Below are positions 6,742 to 17,472 of a DNA stretch of 64,000 nt, one piece after another. The notes beneath the pieces were generated by a model. The model was not told the origin of the DNA and ran no database searches. It saw nothing but the letters and a program-made list of their open reading frames with translations. The DNA comes from Armatimonadota bacterium. GTDB lineage: Bacteria; Armatimonadota; UBA10988. The position numbers and the translations under genes were made by a program. The DNA lies in assembly GCA_016235455.1 (NCBI GenBank), contig JACRKZ010000130.1, positions 16,242-80,241 on the forward strand. The letters run 5' to 3'. Within the stretch, counting starts at the first letter, position 1. Every line of letters begins with the position of its first letter.

Positions 6742-9270
6742 CTACTTCTTCGCCCGCTTCGTCCCCGACACCGACACGCGCTGGCGCACTTCCTTCTCGG
6801 CGTCGTGGAAGACCTGGCCGCGCAGCGTGACCTTGAGCACGCCCAGCGAAGGCAGGCGGCGCACGAGCTCGTCAAGCTGGGCGCGGTTGATGAACTCGAG
6901 CTGCAGGCGGACGGTGGCGACGTGGTCACCGCTGGAGCGGATCGGCGCGGAGATGGTGTTGGCGCCGGTGATGTTGACACCGACCTCGCTCATCAGGCCC
7001 GCCAGATCGCGTAGCAGGCCCATGCGGTCGTTGGCGCGGATCTCCAGCGGCACGTCATACAGGGCGTGCTCGGTCTCCTGCCACTCGATGTCCATGACGC
7101 GTTCGGGCTCGCGTTCGCGCAGGTGGCGCACATTGGCGCAATCGGCGCGGTGGATGGCGATGCCGCTGCCGCGCGTCAGGTAGCCCACGATGGGGTCGCC
7201 AGGCAAGGGCAAGCAGCACTTGCTGCGGCGGAACATGACGTCGCTGGCGCCGGCCACGTTGAGCCGGCCCTGCTCGGCGCCGGCCTGAGCCGCGCGCGTG
7301 GCGATGGTCTCCACCTCTTCGGTGATGCCCGCCGCCTTCTCGGCCTCCTCGACGTCGGTCAGGATCTGGTGGAGCACGCCCTCGGCCGAGACGATGCGGT
7401 CGCCCAGCGCGGTGAGCAGATGCTCATCGGTGGCGAAGCTGCGGCGACGCGCCACACGTGTCAGCACATCCTCCACCGGCTGCTCGGGCTCGCGCCGGCG
7501 GTAGGTGGGGGGCAGTTGGCGGTCGCGGCGGAACAGGTCCTTGAGGTCGAGCTTCTGGCGCACGGCCTCGGCTTCGAGCAACTGCTGACCCGCCTCGACC
7601 AGCGTCTCGCGCTCCTTGCGCCGCAGATAGGCGCGGATGCGGGCGCGCGCCGTGGCCGTCTTGACGAAGCCCAACCAGTCGCGTGACGGGCCGGTGTTGC
7701 GCTGGCGCAGGATCTCGACGGTGTCGCCGTTGCTCAGCGCGTGGTTTAGCGGCTGGATGCGACGGTTGACCTTGGCGCCGATGCAGTTGTGGCCCACCTC
7801 GGTGTGGATGCGGTAGGCAAAGTCGACCACGGTGGCGCCCTTGGGCAGGTCGATGACCTCGCCCTTGGGCGTGTAGACGAAGATCTCCTCGTCCCACAGG
7901 CTGGCCTCGACCTCGCTCAGGAAGTCGCTCTCGCCCTCCTCGGTGTCGGCGCCGGGATCGCTGTCACGGGCCATCTCAAAGAGCTGGCGCATCATGGTCA
8001 GGCGTTTGGCGAAGGCCTCGTCGATGACGCCGTCGGACTTGTAACGCCAGTGCGCGGCGACGCCGTACTCGGCGGCGCGGTGCATTTCCTGGGTGCGGAT
8101 CTGCACTTCCATCGGTCCGTGGCTGGGCACGATGACCTTGGTGTGAATCGACTGGTAGCCGTTGCCCTTGGCGTTGGAGATGTAGTCCGCGAAATGCTCG
8201 GGCTGATGCGGCCACAGGCTGTGGATGATGCCCAGCACCATGTAGCAGTGATGGTCGGTGTCGCAGATGACGCGGATGGCTTCGAGGTCGTAGATCTCCT
8301 CGAAGTCGATGCCCTGGCGCAACATCTTGTTGTAGATGCTGTACAGGTGCTTGGGCCGGCCGACGACGTCGACCTCGATCCCAGCCTTGGCGGTGGCCTC
8401 TTTGATGCGCGCCACCACGCCGTCGATCTCGGCCATGCGTTCGTCGCGGGTGCGCGCCACGCGACGCTCGATCTCGAGGAACGCTTCGGGTTGGAGGTAG
8501 CGCAGAGCCAGGTCCTCCATCTCCCACTTGATGCGCCAGATGCCCAGCCGCTCGGCCAGCTTGGCGTAGATGACCTCGGACTCGCGGGCAATCTTGAGCT
8601 GCTTGGCGCGGCGCTTGGCATAGAGCGTCTGCATGTTGTGCAGGCGGTCGGCCAGCTTGATGATCAGCACGCGCACATCCTGTGCGGCGGCCACCACCAT
8701 GCGGCGCATGTTCTCGGCCTGCAGTCGGCGGTGTAGTTCGTCGTCGGAAGTGGTGTCGTCCTGGCCGGTGACATCGGCGAAGCGTACCGCGCTCAGGCGG
8801 GTCACGCCCTGGACGAGGTTGAAGACGACGTCGCCAAACTCCTCGCGCAGCCCCGTGGCCACCTCGTCCTTGAGCTTCTCGATGAACCGTTCCTGAGCCG
8901 TCAACTCGCGCTGGAGCTGCTCGGCCTGGCCCTTCTTGCCCGCGGCCTGGAGCTCTTCGAGGCGCACCCGGACGATCTTGAGTTCGCGTTCCTCATCCTG
9001 TGCGCAGTCTTCCACGGTGTCGTGCAACATGCAGGCGGCCAGGGCCATCTCGTCGGCCTCGATGTCGGCCAGAATGTGGCAGGCGGCCACGGGATGCGCG
9101 ATGTACGGCTCGCCGCTCTGGCGCAGCTGCTTCTCGTGCACGTGCGCGGCAAACTCATAGGCGCGCTGCACGAACTCGCCGTCGGCGTCGGGCCGGTAGC
9201 GCTTGAGGCGCTCCAGCAGCTCGACGACCTCCTGGTCGATCATCGCCTTGGTCTTGGGCTCGGCGTTCAT
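6742..9270 (-). CDS. rel: Long RelA/SpoT homologue, bifunctional (p)ppGpp synthetase/hydrolase
   Basis: RQSGEPYIAHP, LHDTVED, IKLADRLHNM, RPKHLYSI, YQSIHT, EVQIRT, TGS (DFAYRIHTEVG), CCLPLPGD, ACT domain. Confidence 0.96.
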   Translation of the reverse strand: MNAEPKTKAMIDQEVVELLERLKRYRPDADGEFVQRAYEFAAHVHEKQLRQSGEPYIAHPVAACHILADIEADEMALAACMLHDTVEDCAQDEERELKIVRVRLEELQAAGKKGQAEQLQRELTAQERFIEKLKDEVATGLREEFGDVVFNLVQGVTRLSAVRFADVTGQDDTTSDDELHRRLQAENMRRMVVAAAQDVRVLIIKLADRLHNMQTLYAKRRAKQLKIARESEVIYAKLAERLGIWRIKWEMEDLALRYLQPEAFLEIERRVARTRDERMAEIDGVVARIKEATAKAGIEVDVVGRPKHLYSIYNKMLRQGIDFEEIYDLEAIRVICDTDHHCYMVLGIIHSLWPHQPEHFADYISNAKGNGYQSIHTKVIVPSHGPMEVQIRTQEMHRAAEYGVAAHWRYKSDGVIDEAFAKRLTMMRQLFEMARDSDPGADTEEGESDFLSEVEASLWDEEIFVYTPKGEVIDLPKGATVVDFAYRIHTEVGHNCIGAKVNRRIQPLNHALSNGDTVEILRQRNTGPSRDWLGFVKTATARARIRAYLRRKERETLVEAGQQLLEAEAVRQKLDLKDLFRRDRQLPPTYRRREPEQPVEDVLTRVARRRSFATDEHLLTALGDRIVSAEGVLHQILTDVEEAEKAAGITEEVETIATRAAQAGAEQGRLNVAGASDVMFRRSKCCLPLPGDPIVGYLTRGSGIAIHRADCANVRHLREREPERVMDIEWQETEHALYDVPLEIRANDRMGLLRDLAGLMSEVGVNITGANTISAPIRSSGDHVATVRLQLEFINRAQLDELVRRLPSLGVLKVTLRGQVFHDAEKEVRQRVSVSGTKRAKK

Positions 9271-10118
9271 AGGCTCGGCTTCGCGCGCTGCAACATCACC
9301 CAGCACCGCAGCGCCAGCAAGGGCGACGCCAGCAGCGCGGCGGCGACGCCATAGTGTTTGCGCACATAAAGGTACATGCTTCGGTGATGGGCTTTGACCA
9401 TCGCCGCGGGCTGTTGGTCGCTGGAGCGGCCGACCGCGTGGGTCACGCGGGCGCTGGGCAGATAGACCACGCGCCAGCCCGCGCGATGCGCCAGTAAACC
9501 CAAGTCCATATCTTCCACATACATGAAGTACCGCTCATCGAGCCCGCCCAGCGCCTCCACCAGTTCAGCGCGGGCCAGCAGGCAGGCGCCCGACAGCCAG
9601 TCCACCTCGCGCGGCCCGCGATGGTTCCACTCTTCCATTAAGTATGACCGCGCGAAGCGGTTGTTGGGCAACCAACGCTCTAGCGGCGTGTTGCGGAACA
9701 GCAGCGCCGACACCGTCGGGAAACGGCGGCATGACGGCTGCAGTGAGCCATCGCGGTTGAGCAGCATGGGCCCGAGCAGGCCCACCTCGGGGTTCGCGTT
9801 GGCGTAGCGCACCAGTTGCTCCAGCGCGTCATCATGCACGATGGTGTCGGGATTGAGCAGCAGGCGGAAGCGGCCCGTGGCCTGCGCCAGACCGACGTTG
9901 TTGCCGCGCGCGAAGCCCAGGTTGCGCCCCGTGGCGATCAGCCTGACCCACGGATAGTCGCGCCGCACCAGGCGCGCCGAGCCGTCGCGACTGCCGTTGT
10001 CGACTACCACCACCTCGGTCGCCAGACGCGAACACGCGGGTACCAGCGAGGCCAGACAGCGGGCCAGGTCGTCGCGCGTGTTCCAGTTGACGATGATGAT
10101 GCTCAGGTCATAGGGCAT
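9267..10118 (-). CDS. Glycosyltransferase family 2 (WbbL-like)
   Basis: IIIVNWNT, VVDNGSRDGS, NLGFARGNN, LLNPD, WLSGACLL, FMYVEDMD. Confidence 0.93.
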   Translation of the reverse strand: MPYDLSIIIVNWNTRDDLARCLASLVPACSRLATEVVVVDNGSRDGSARLVRRDYPWVRLIATGRNLGFARGNNVGLAQATGRFRLLLNPDTIVHDDALEQLVRYANANPEVGLLGPMLLNRDGSLQPSCRRFPTVSALLFRNTPLERWLPNNRFARSYLMEEWNHRGPREVDWLSGACLLARAELVEALGGLDERYFMYVEDMDLGLLAHRAGWRVVYLPSARVTHAVGRSSDQQPAAMVKAHHRSMYLYVRKHYGVAAALLASPLLALRCWVMLQRAKPSL

Positions 10119-10161
10119 GGAAGCCCATTGTGCGGGCCACCGGCGGGACTGTCAATCCGGC

Positions 10162-10233
10162 GCGGCGCAAGAAACGGTGTCAGGGACCGTTCTCGCGCAC
10201 GAAAACGGTCCCTGACACCGTTTCTTGCGCCGC
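10162..10233. repeat. REP-like palindrome, family GCAAGAAACGGTGTCAGGGACCGTT (copy 1)
   Basis: 30-bp perfect arms plus a near-paired centre; same core sequence as 63911-64000. Confidence 0.9.
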
Positions 10234-10295
10234 AGCGAGTACACATCTGTGTCAAAATGGCGGTACACTTAGGCATGAGGGTCGGGAGGGTTACG

Positions 10296-13200
10296 ATGAA
10301 TCGCGTTGGCTTGACGCGTCTCGCACGTCTGGCGGCGGTGCTTCTGGTCGCGGCTCTGGCTCGCGCCGACGAGGCGGGCGACCTGTATGCCGCGGCGGAC
10401 ACTGCCTACAACGGCGGACAGTTCGACAAGGCGTTGCCCAGCTTCCGGTCCTTCGTGGCCAAGTTCGCCAAGGACGAGCGGGCGGCCATCGCGGCCTATC
10501 GCATCGGCCAGTGCCTGGGCCAGTTGAAGCAGTACGGCGAGGCCGCCGACGCTTTCGATGCCTGCGTGCGCGGCTACGGGGAGTCGAAGTACGCGGATGG
10601 CGCGCTCTTCAACAAGGGCTACTACTACTTCTGCGCGGAGAAGTGGCAGCCCGCGGCCGCAGCCTACTTCGACTACACCAAGATTGGCAAGAAGCCCGAT
10701 CTCAAGGCCAAGGCCTGGTTCTGGCGGGGCGAGGCGCTCTACAAGATGAGCCGGCCGGACGATGCGGCCGCCGCCTACGAGACGTTCCTGGCGTCGCCCG
10801 CGGAGATCCTTGCCGCCGCCGACTGCAAGGATCTGATCGGCTTCGCGCGGCTCGGCCAAGGCGTCTGCCACTATGCCGGCAAGCGCTGGGAGAAGGCGTT
10901 GGCCGGCTTCCGCCGCTACCTCGACGAGAACGCTGACGGACCCTCGGCCGACGAGGCCATGTTCTACGCGGCTGAATGCCACAAGCAGCTCGGCGCGGCC
11001 GACCAGGCCGTGGCCCTGCTGGCCAAACTGGCCGACACCTTGCCCAAGAGCGACTTCGCTCCCCAGGGGCTGCGCCGGATCGCCGCCATCGAGGCCGAGC
11101 GCGGCAATGTAGCCGCCTCCAAGGCCGCCGCCGACCGGCTGGCCAAGGACTATCCCGACCTGGCCAAGTACGCTGGCGAGGAGCGCTTCAACCTGGCCTA
11201 TCGCCAACTCCAGGCCAAGAACTACGAAGCCGCCGAGAAGCTCTACCGCGATGCGCTCGAAGGTCTGACCGGCGAGCCGGAGGCCATCGGGCTGCTGGGT
11301 CTGGCCGAGGCCCGCTTTGGCCAGAGCAAGTGGACCGACGCCGAAGCCGCCTACCTGTTGGTGCTGCAGAAGCACCCCGACCACCCCAATGCGCCCACGG
11401 CGCAGGCGCGGCTGGCCGAGGTCTATCTGCGCGAGGCCAAGTTCCCCGAGGCCGAGAAGGTCGGGCGCGAGTATCTGGCCAAGTATGCGACCGGTAGCGA
11501 CCTGGCCGTGGTGCGCTACAACCTGGCCTTCGCGGTGTGGAAGCAGGGGCGCGCCGAAGAAGCCATGAAGCTGTTTGACGAAGTGGTCGGCGCCGACCCC
11601 AAGGCCGACAGCTCGGCGCCCGTGCTCATCGAGATGGGGCGCTTCGGCATCGACTCCAAGCGCTGGGCCGATGCGCGCCGGGCCTATGAGCTGTACCTCA
11701 AGCACCACGCCACCAAGCCCGCCGCGATGACCGCGCGCTGGGGCCTGGCGCAGGTGGCCGAGGGCGAGGGCGACCAGGCCGCCGCCATCGCTGCGTACCG
11801 CGCGTTTGCCGATCAGGCGGGCACCGACCCGCTGGTAGCCGAGGCGCTGGGCCGGCTTGTCGACCTGTACCGCAAGGCGGGGCAGGAGGAGAAGGCGCAA
11901 CTCGCCGGGCAGGAACTGCGGCGCAAGTTCCCCGGGTCGCAGCAGAGCGCCCGCTCGCTGCTCACCGCTGGCTACTCGCACTTCAACGCCAAGCGCTACG
12001 CTGAGGCCATCTTCGCCTTCGAGGCTTATCTCCGTGACTACGCCAAGGAGGACGGCGCGGCCGCCGCGTTGGCCAATCTGGCCGCCAGCTACTACCTGAG
12101 CACTGCGCCGGCTGACCATTACGCCAAGGCCGCCGAGGCCTACGCGCGCTTGGCCAAGGACTATCCCGCCGACAAAGCCGCCGAGGACGCGCTGTACTGG
12201 TCGGGCCAGGCGCTGCGTCAGGCCGGTGACGAGCCCGGCGCCATTGCCGCGCTGGACCAGTTCATCACGACTCATGCCCAGCACGCACGCGTCGCCAGCG
12301 CCCGGCTGGCGTTGGCGCAGCTGCTCTCACGGGCCAAGCGCTTCGCCGATGCGGTCAAGGTCCTGACCGAGGCCGTGGCGGCCGCCACCGAGCCCGCAGC
12401 TCGCGGCGAGGCCCGTTACGAGTTGGCCTGGGCGCTACTCGACGCTGAGCGCAAGGACGAAGCCTATGCCGCCTTCGCCGAGGTAAGCAAGGACGTGCCG
12501 GGCACTGACCTGGCCGCCGACGCGGACTTCCGGCTGTGCGGCCAACTGGTGGAGAAGGCACGGTATACGGATGCCGTGACCGCCTACGGCGATTGGCTCA
12601 AGGCCCACGACCAGCACAAGCTCAAGCCGCGGGCCCTCTACAATCTGGCCTGGGCGCAGGAACTGGCCGCCTCGTTCAAGGAGGCCGTGGCCACCTATGA
12701 GCAGGCTGGCAAGCTGCTGGACGATCCCGATCTGCGCGCCGCCTCGACCTACCGCCGTGGCTACTGCCTGTTGCGCGCGGGCGACGTGCCCGGTGCGCTG
12801 GCGGCGTTCGACGCCTACGACAAGGACAATCCGCAAGGCCGCAACCGGCCCGACAGCCTGTTCTATCGCGGCCAGGCGCACAGCCGCGCGGGCAAGTGGT
12901 CCGAGGCCGAAGCTGCCTTCAAGCAGTTGGTCAAGGAGTTCCCCGAGCACGCGCTGACCCAGAACGCGCAGTTCAACCTCGGTGTGGCGCTGCAGAATCA
13001 GTCCAAGTACCAGGCTGCCGCCGACTCCTACGAGCCGCTCTGCGCGGCCGACACCAAGCCGCCGGTGGATGCCACGTTGCGGGCCCGGGCCTTGCTCCAG
13101 CGTGGGCAGTGCCTGTTCATGGCGGCGCGCTACGCCGACGCCGTCACGGCGCTCAGCGGCGCGGAGACCACCGGCCTGACCGAGGTCCTGCCGGCGGCGC

Positions 13201-13343
13201 GCTACTACTTGGGCCGCTGCTTCCAGCAGCAGAACGACCCCAAGAAGGCCAAGGACACTTACGAGAAGGTGCTGGCGCAGCATCCTGGTACGGAGTGGGC
13301 TGAGAAGTCCAAGGCCGCGCTCGCCCAGATCCAGTTGCCCTGA
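10296..13343 (+). CDS. Large secreted tetratricopeptide-repeat protein (~1015 aa, CpoB/BamD-like repeats)
   Basis: Signal peptide MNRVGLTRLARLAAVLLVAALARA; continuous TPR pairs (e.g. ALFNKGYYYF, AQFNLGVALQ, ARYYLGRCF). GGGAGG RBS. Confidence 0.9.
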   Translation: MNRVGLTRLARLAAVLLVAALARADEAGDLYAAADTAYNGGQFDKALPSFRSFVAKFAKDERAAIAAYRIGQCLGQLKQYGEAADAFDACVRGYGESKYADGALFNKGYYYFCAEKWQPAAAAYFDYTKIGKKPDLKAKAWFWRGEALYKMSRPDDAAAAYETFLASPAEILAAADCKDLIGFARLGQGVCHYAGKRWEKALAGFRRYLDENADGPSADEAMFYAAECHKQLGAADQAVALLAKLADTLPKSDFAPQGLRRIAAIEAERGNVAASKAAADRLAKDYPDLAKYAGEERFNLAYRQLQAKNYEAAEKLYRDALEGLTGEPEAIGLLGLAEARFGQSKWTDAEAAYLLVLQKHPDHPNAPTAQARLAEVYLREAKFPEAEKVGREYLAKYATGSDLAVVRYNLAFAVWKQGRAEEAMKLFDEVVGADPKADSSAPVLIEMGRFGIDSKRWADARRAYELYLKHHATKPAAMTARWGLAQVAEGEGDQAAAIAAYRAFADQAGTDPLVAEALGRLVDLYRKAGQEEKAQLAGQELRRKFPGSQQSARSLLTAGYSHFNAKRYAEAIFAFEAYLRDYAKEDGAAAALANLAASYYLSTAPADHYAKAAEAYARLAKDYPADKAAEDALYWSGQALRQAGDEPGAIAALDQFITTHAQHARVASARLALAQLLSRAKRFADAVKVLTEAVAAATEPAARGEARYELAWALLDAERKDEAYAAFAEVSKDVPGTDLAADADFRLCGQLVEKARYTDAVTAYGDWLKAHDQHKLKPRALYNLAWAQELAASFKEAVATYEQAGKLLDDPDLRAASTYRRGYCLLRAGDVPGALAAFDAYDKDNPQGRNRPDSLFYRGQAHSRAGKWSEAEAAFKQLVKEFPEHALTQNAQFNLGVALQNQSKYQAAADSYEPLCAADTKPPVDATLRARALLQRGQCLFMAARYADAVTALSGAETTGLTEVLPAARYYLGRCFQQQNDPKKAKDTYEKVLAQHPGTEWAEKSKAALAQIQLP

Positions 13344-13363
13344 CTGGGCGCCAAGGGAGTCTC

Positions 13364-14476
13364 ATGGAGTATCGACGCTACGGTCGTACGGACACGCTCG
13401 TCAGCGCCATAGGCTTGGGTGGCCACCGCGAGGGCATGGAGACGCGTGGCGGCCTGGCTCGCCAGGCGACGTTCCACCGCTCTGCCCAGGAGCGCGCGCG
13501 CACCGTCGGCGCCGCCATCGATGCCGGCATCACCTACTTCGACTCCACTTTCGGCTGCGAGATCGCCTCGCTGGGTGAGTCGTTGCGGCTGCTCGGCCGC
13601 CGCGACGGGCTGTTCGTCTCAGGCATGAGGGTCGACTTCTTCGGGCTCCTGCCCCAGTCGGGCCTCACGCCCGCTGCGTACCTGCGCAGCGAGGTCGAGA
13701 GCCGGCTGCGCGAGGCTGGGCTGGAGTGGCTGGACCAGTTCCTGATGGGCGCCATGGAGCAGGGCGATCCCGTCGGTCATCCGGCCGAGATGGACGAGGC
13801 CATGGCCGAGGCCGAGCGCCTCAAACAAGCGGGGCTCATCCGCCACGTGGGCTTCTCCTGCCACGACCCCAACTACGCCGCGCGGCTGTTGCGAGCCTGG
13901 CCTTTTGATTCGGTCATGTGCCCCTACAACCCGTCGAACCGCGTGGCCGAAGGCGACCTGCAGACCGCCGTACAGGACACCGGCGCGGCCTGGGTGGCCA
14001 TGAAGTCGATGGTCTGGCGCCTCTATGGCATCCCCGCCAGCGTGCTGCGCAACCTCCGCGCGGAGGCGCTGGGGCTTGATTCCACCACGCCGATCGGCAC
14101 GCTGGCCCATCGCTGGCTGCTCGACAACCCCCACCTGACCACCTGCGTCCCGGCTGCCAACTACCCCGAGGCAGTGGTCGAGAACGCCGCCGCGGCCGAC
14201 CGCGGTCCGCTCACCGACGTCGAGCGAGCGCTGCTCGACCGCTGGGTGGAAGCCACGGCCGTGCACGGACACGTGCCGCTGGCGCTGGGCGGCCTGCTCG
14301 AAGACAACCTGCGCGTGCGCGTGTGCTCCATGGGCTTGGCTGGCGATAGGCTGGGCGTTCGGCCCGCGCCCATCGACCTCGAGGCCGACGGTGCCGAGGA
14401 TGCCGCTCGGGCCGCGGCCGAGCAATTGCTGGCCGCGGCCCGGGCCGACCGGCGCTGGGCGGCGATGCTGCCGTAG
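13364..14476 (+). CDS. Aldo/keto reductase-fold protein, catalytic residues apparently degenerate
   Basis: MEYRRYGRT..VSAIGLG, AIDAGITYFD, GLIRHVGFSCH, FDSVMCPYN, VAMK. Confidence 0.8.
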   Translation: MEYRRYGRTDTLVSAIGLGGHREGMETRGGLARQATFHRSAQERARTVGAAIDAGITYFDSTFGCEIASLGESLRLLGRRDGLFVSGMRVDFFGLLPQSGLTPAAYLRSEVESRLREAGLEWLDQFLMGAMEQGDPVGHPAEMDEAMAEAERLKQAGLIRHVGFSCHDPNYAARLLRAWPFDSVMCPYNPSNRVAEGDLQTAVQDTGAAWVAMKSMVWRLYGIPASVLRNLRAEALGLDSTTPIGTLAHRWLLDNPHLTTCVPAANYPEAVVENAAAADRGPLTDVERALLDRWVEATAVHGHVPLALGGLLEDNLRVRVCSMGLAGDRLGVRPAPIDLEADGAEDAARAAAEQLLAAARADRRWAAMLP

Positions 14477-14536
14477 GCGTGGGGCCGGGACGCGTCCCTC
14501 TTGCGCCGTCGGCCCGGCTCGGCGACAATCAGGGTC

Positions 14537-16358
<1,822 letters not shown>

Positions 16359-16377
16359 CGCTCCGAGTGCAGCCCGC

Positions 16378-17340
16378 TCACTTGATGGTCAGGAACTCCA
16401 TCTTCTCTTTGTCGAGCAACAGCAGCTTCAGCAGATGGCTCTTGATGCCGTTGCGGTCGATCGTCACATCGACTTCCACCTCGTAGGTCGTGTTGCGGAC
16501 CTTGGGGAAGCCGGTGACCGGGTCGAGGATGTCCTCACCCTCGATCTTGGCAAACGGAAGGTCGACCGAGACCTCCTCGCGGCCGCTGTTGACGAAGTTG
16601 AACCAGCCCTCGGAGAGCAGTCGCATGGAGCCGTCGGGCGCGTCCTTGGCGGCGACGCGGATGCGCTCGGTGGTGGTCATGGTGCCCACGCGCAGGTCCT
16701 CCTTGTGCTTCTGGGTCCAGCGCTGCTCGGCCTGTACCTGCTCCTTGGGATAGCGCTTGAGCCGATAGGAGAGCGTGTTGAGCACGTTGTCCTTGCCATA
16801 CAGCGCGCGCAGGCGGTCGTCGAAGAAGGCCTTTTGCATCGGACGATCGAAGGCATCGGCGCTCTTGGCCTTGATGTCCGTGACGATCTTGTCCAGCCCG
16901 TCCACCGAGATGACCTCGCCCGTGGGCTGGGCGCGGAAGGTGTAGGTCTGCCCGCTGGCCGCCTTGGCGAAGTCCTTGGAGGTGGTCGTGGCGCCGTCCA
17001 GGCCTGTGCCGACCTCCTCGCTCATCTCCTCGCCATCCCAGATCTTCTGGCGGAAGCGCGAGAGCGTGGCGCGGATGGTGAACTCGCCCTGGTCATTGAC
17101 CTCCAGCACGTCCCATCGCTCCCAGCGCTCGTCCTCAACCTTGGCCTTGTGCTTGGCGGTCTGCCGCAACGTGATGGTCTGGTCCGAGGTGGTCACGGTA
17201 TGCAACAGCCAAGCCATCCCGGACTTGGGCTGATAGCGCAAGGTGCGTAGCGGACCGGTGGGCTGGTCCTCATCGTCCTGCGCCAGGCCGGCGGCGACCA
17301 CGGCCAAGGCCATCGCGAGCAGTACCAGAAGTCTCTTCAT
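16378..17340 (-). CDS. Secreted hypothetical protein (DUF6263-like)
   Basis: Signal peptide MKRLLVLLAMALAVVAAGLAQ; PTGEVISVDGLDKI and YPKEQVQAEQRW patterns. GAGGG RBS. Confidence 0.7.
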   Translation of the reverse strand: MKRLLVLLAMALAVVAAGLAQDDEDQPTGPLRTLRYQPKSGMAWLLHTVTTSDQTITLRQTAKHKAKVEDERWERWDVLEVNDQGEFTIRATLSRFRQKIWDGEEMSEEVGTGLDGATTTSKDFAKAASGQTYTFRAQPTGEVISVDGLDKIVTDIKAKSADAFDRPMQKAFFDDRLRALYGKDNVLNTLSYRLKRYPKEQVQAEQRWTQKHKEDLRVGTMTTTERIRVAAKDAPDGSMRLLSEGWFNFVNSGREEVSVDLPFAKIEGEDILDPVTGFPKVRNTTYEVEVDVTIDRNGIKSHLLKLLLLDKEKMEFLTIK

Positions 17341-17472
17341 GACGACCCTCCGTGGGCATAGGCCGCGCATTCGGCACGGCGGGGCTGTTACCTTCTTGTA
17401 CCCAAAAGCGAACAGCTCGCGCGAACCGTTCCCGGTCGCGCGAGCTGCCAGCTCAGCTGATTGCGGCCAGGC

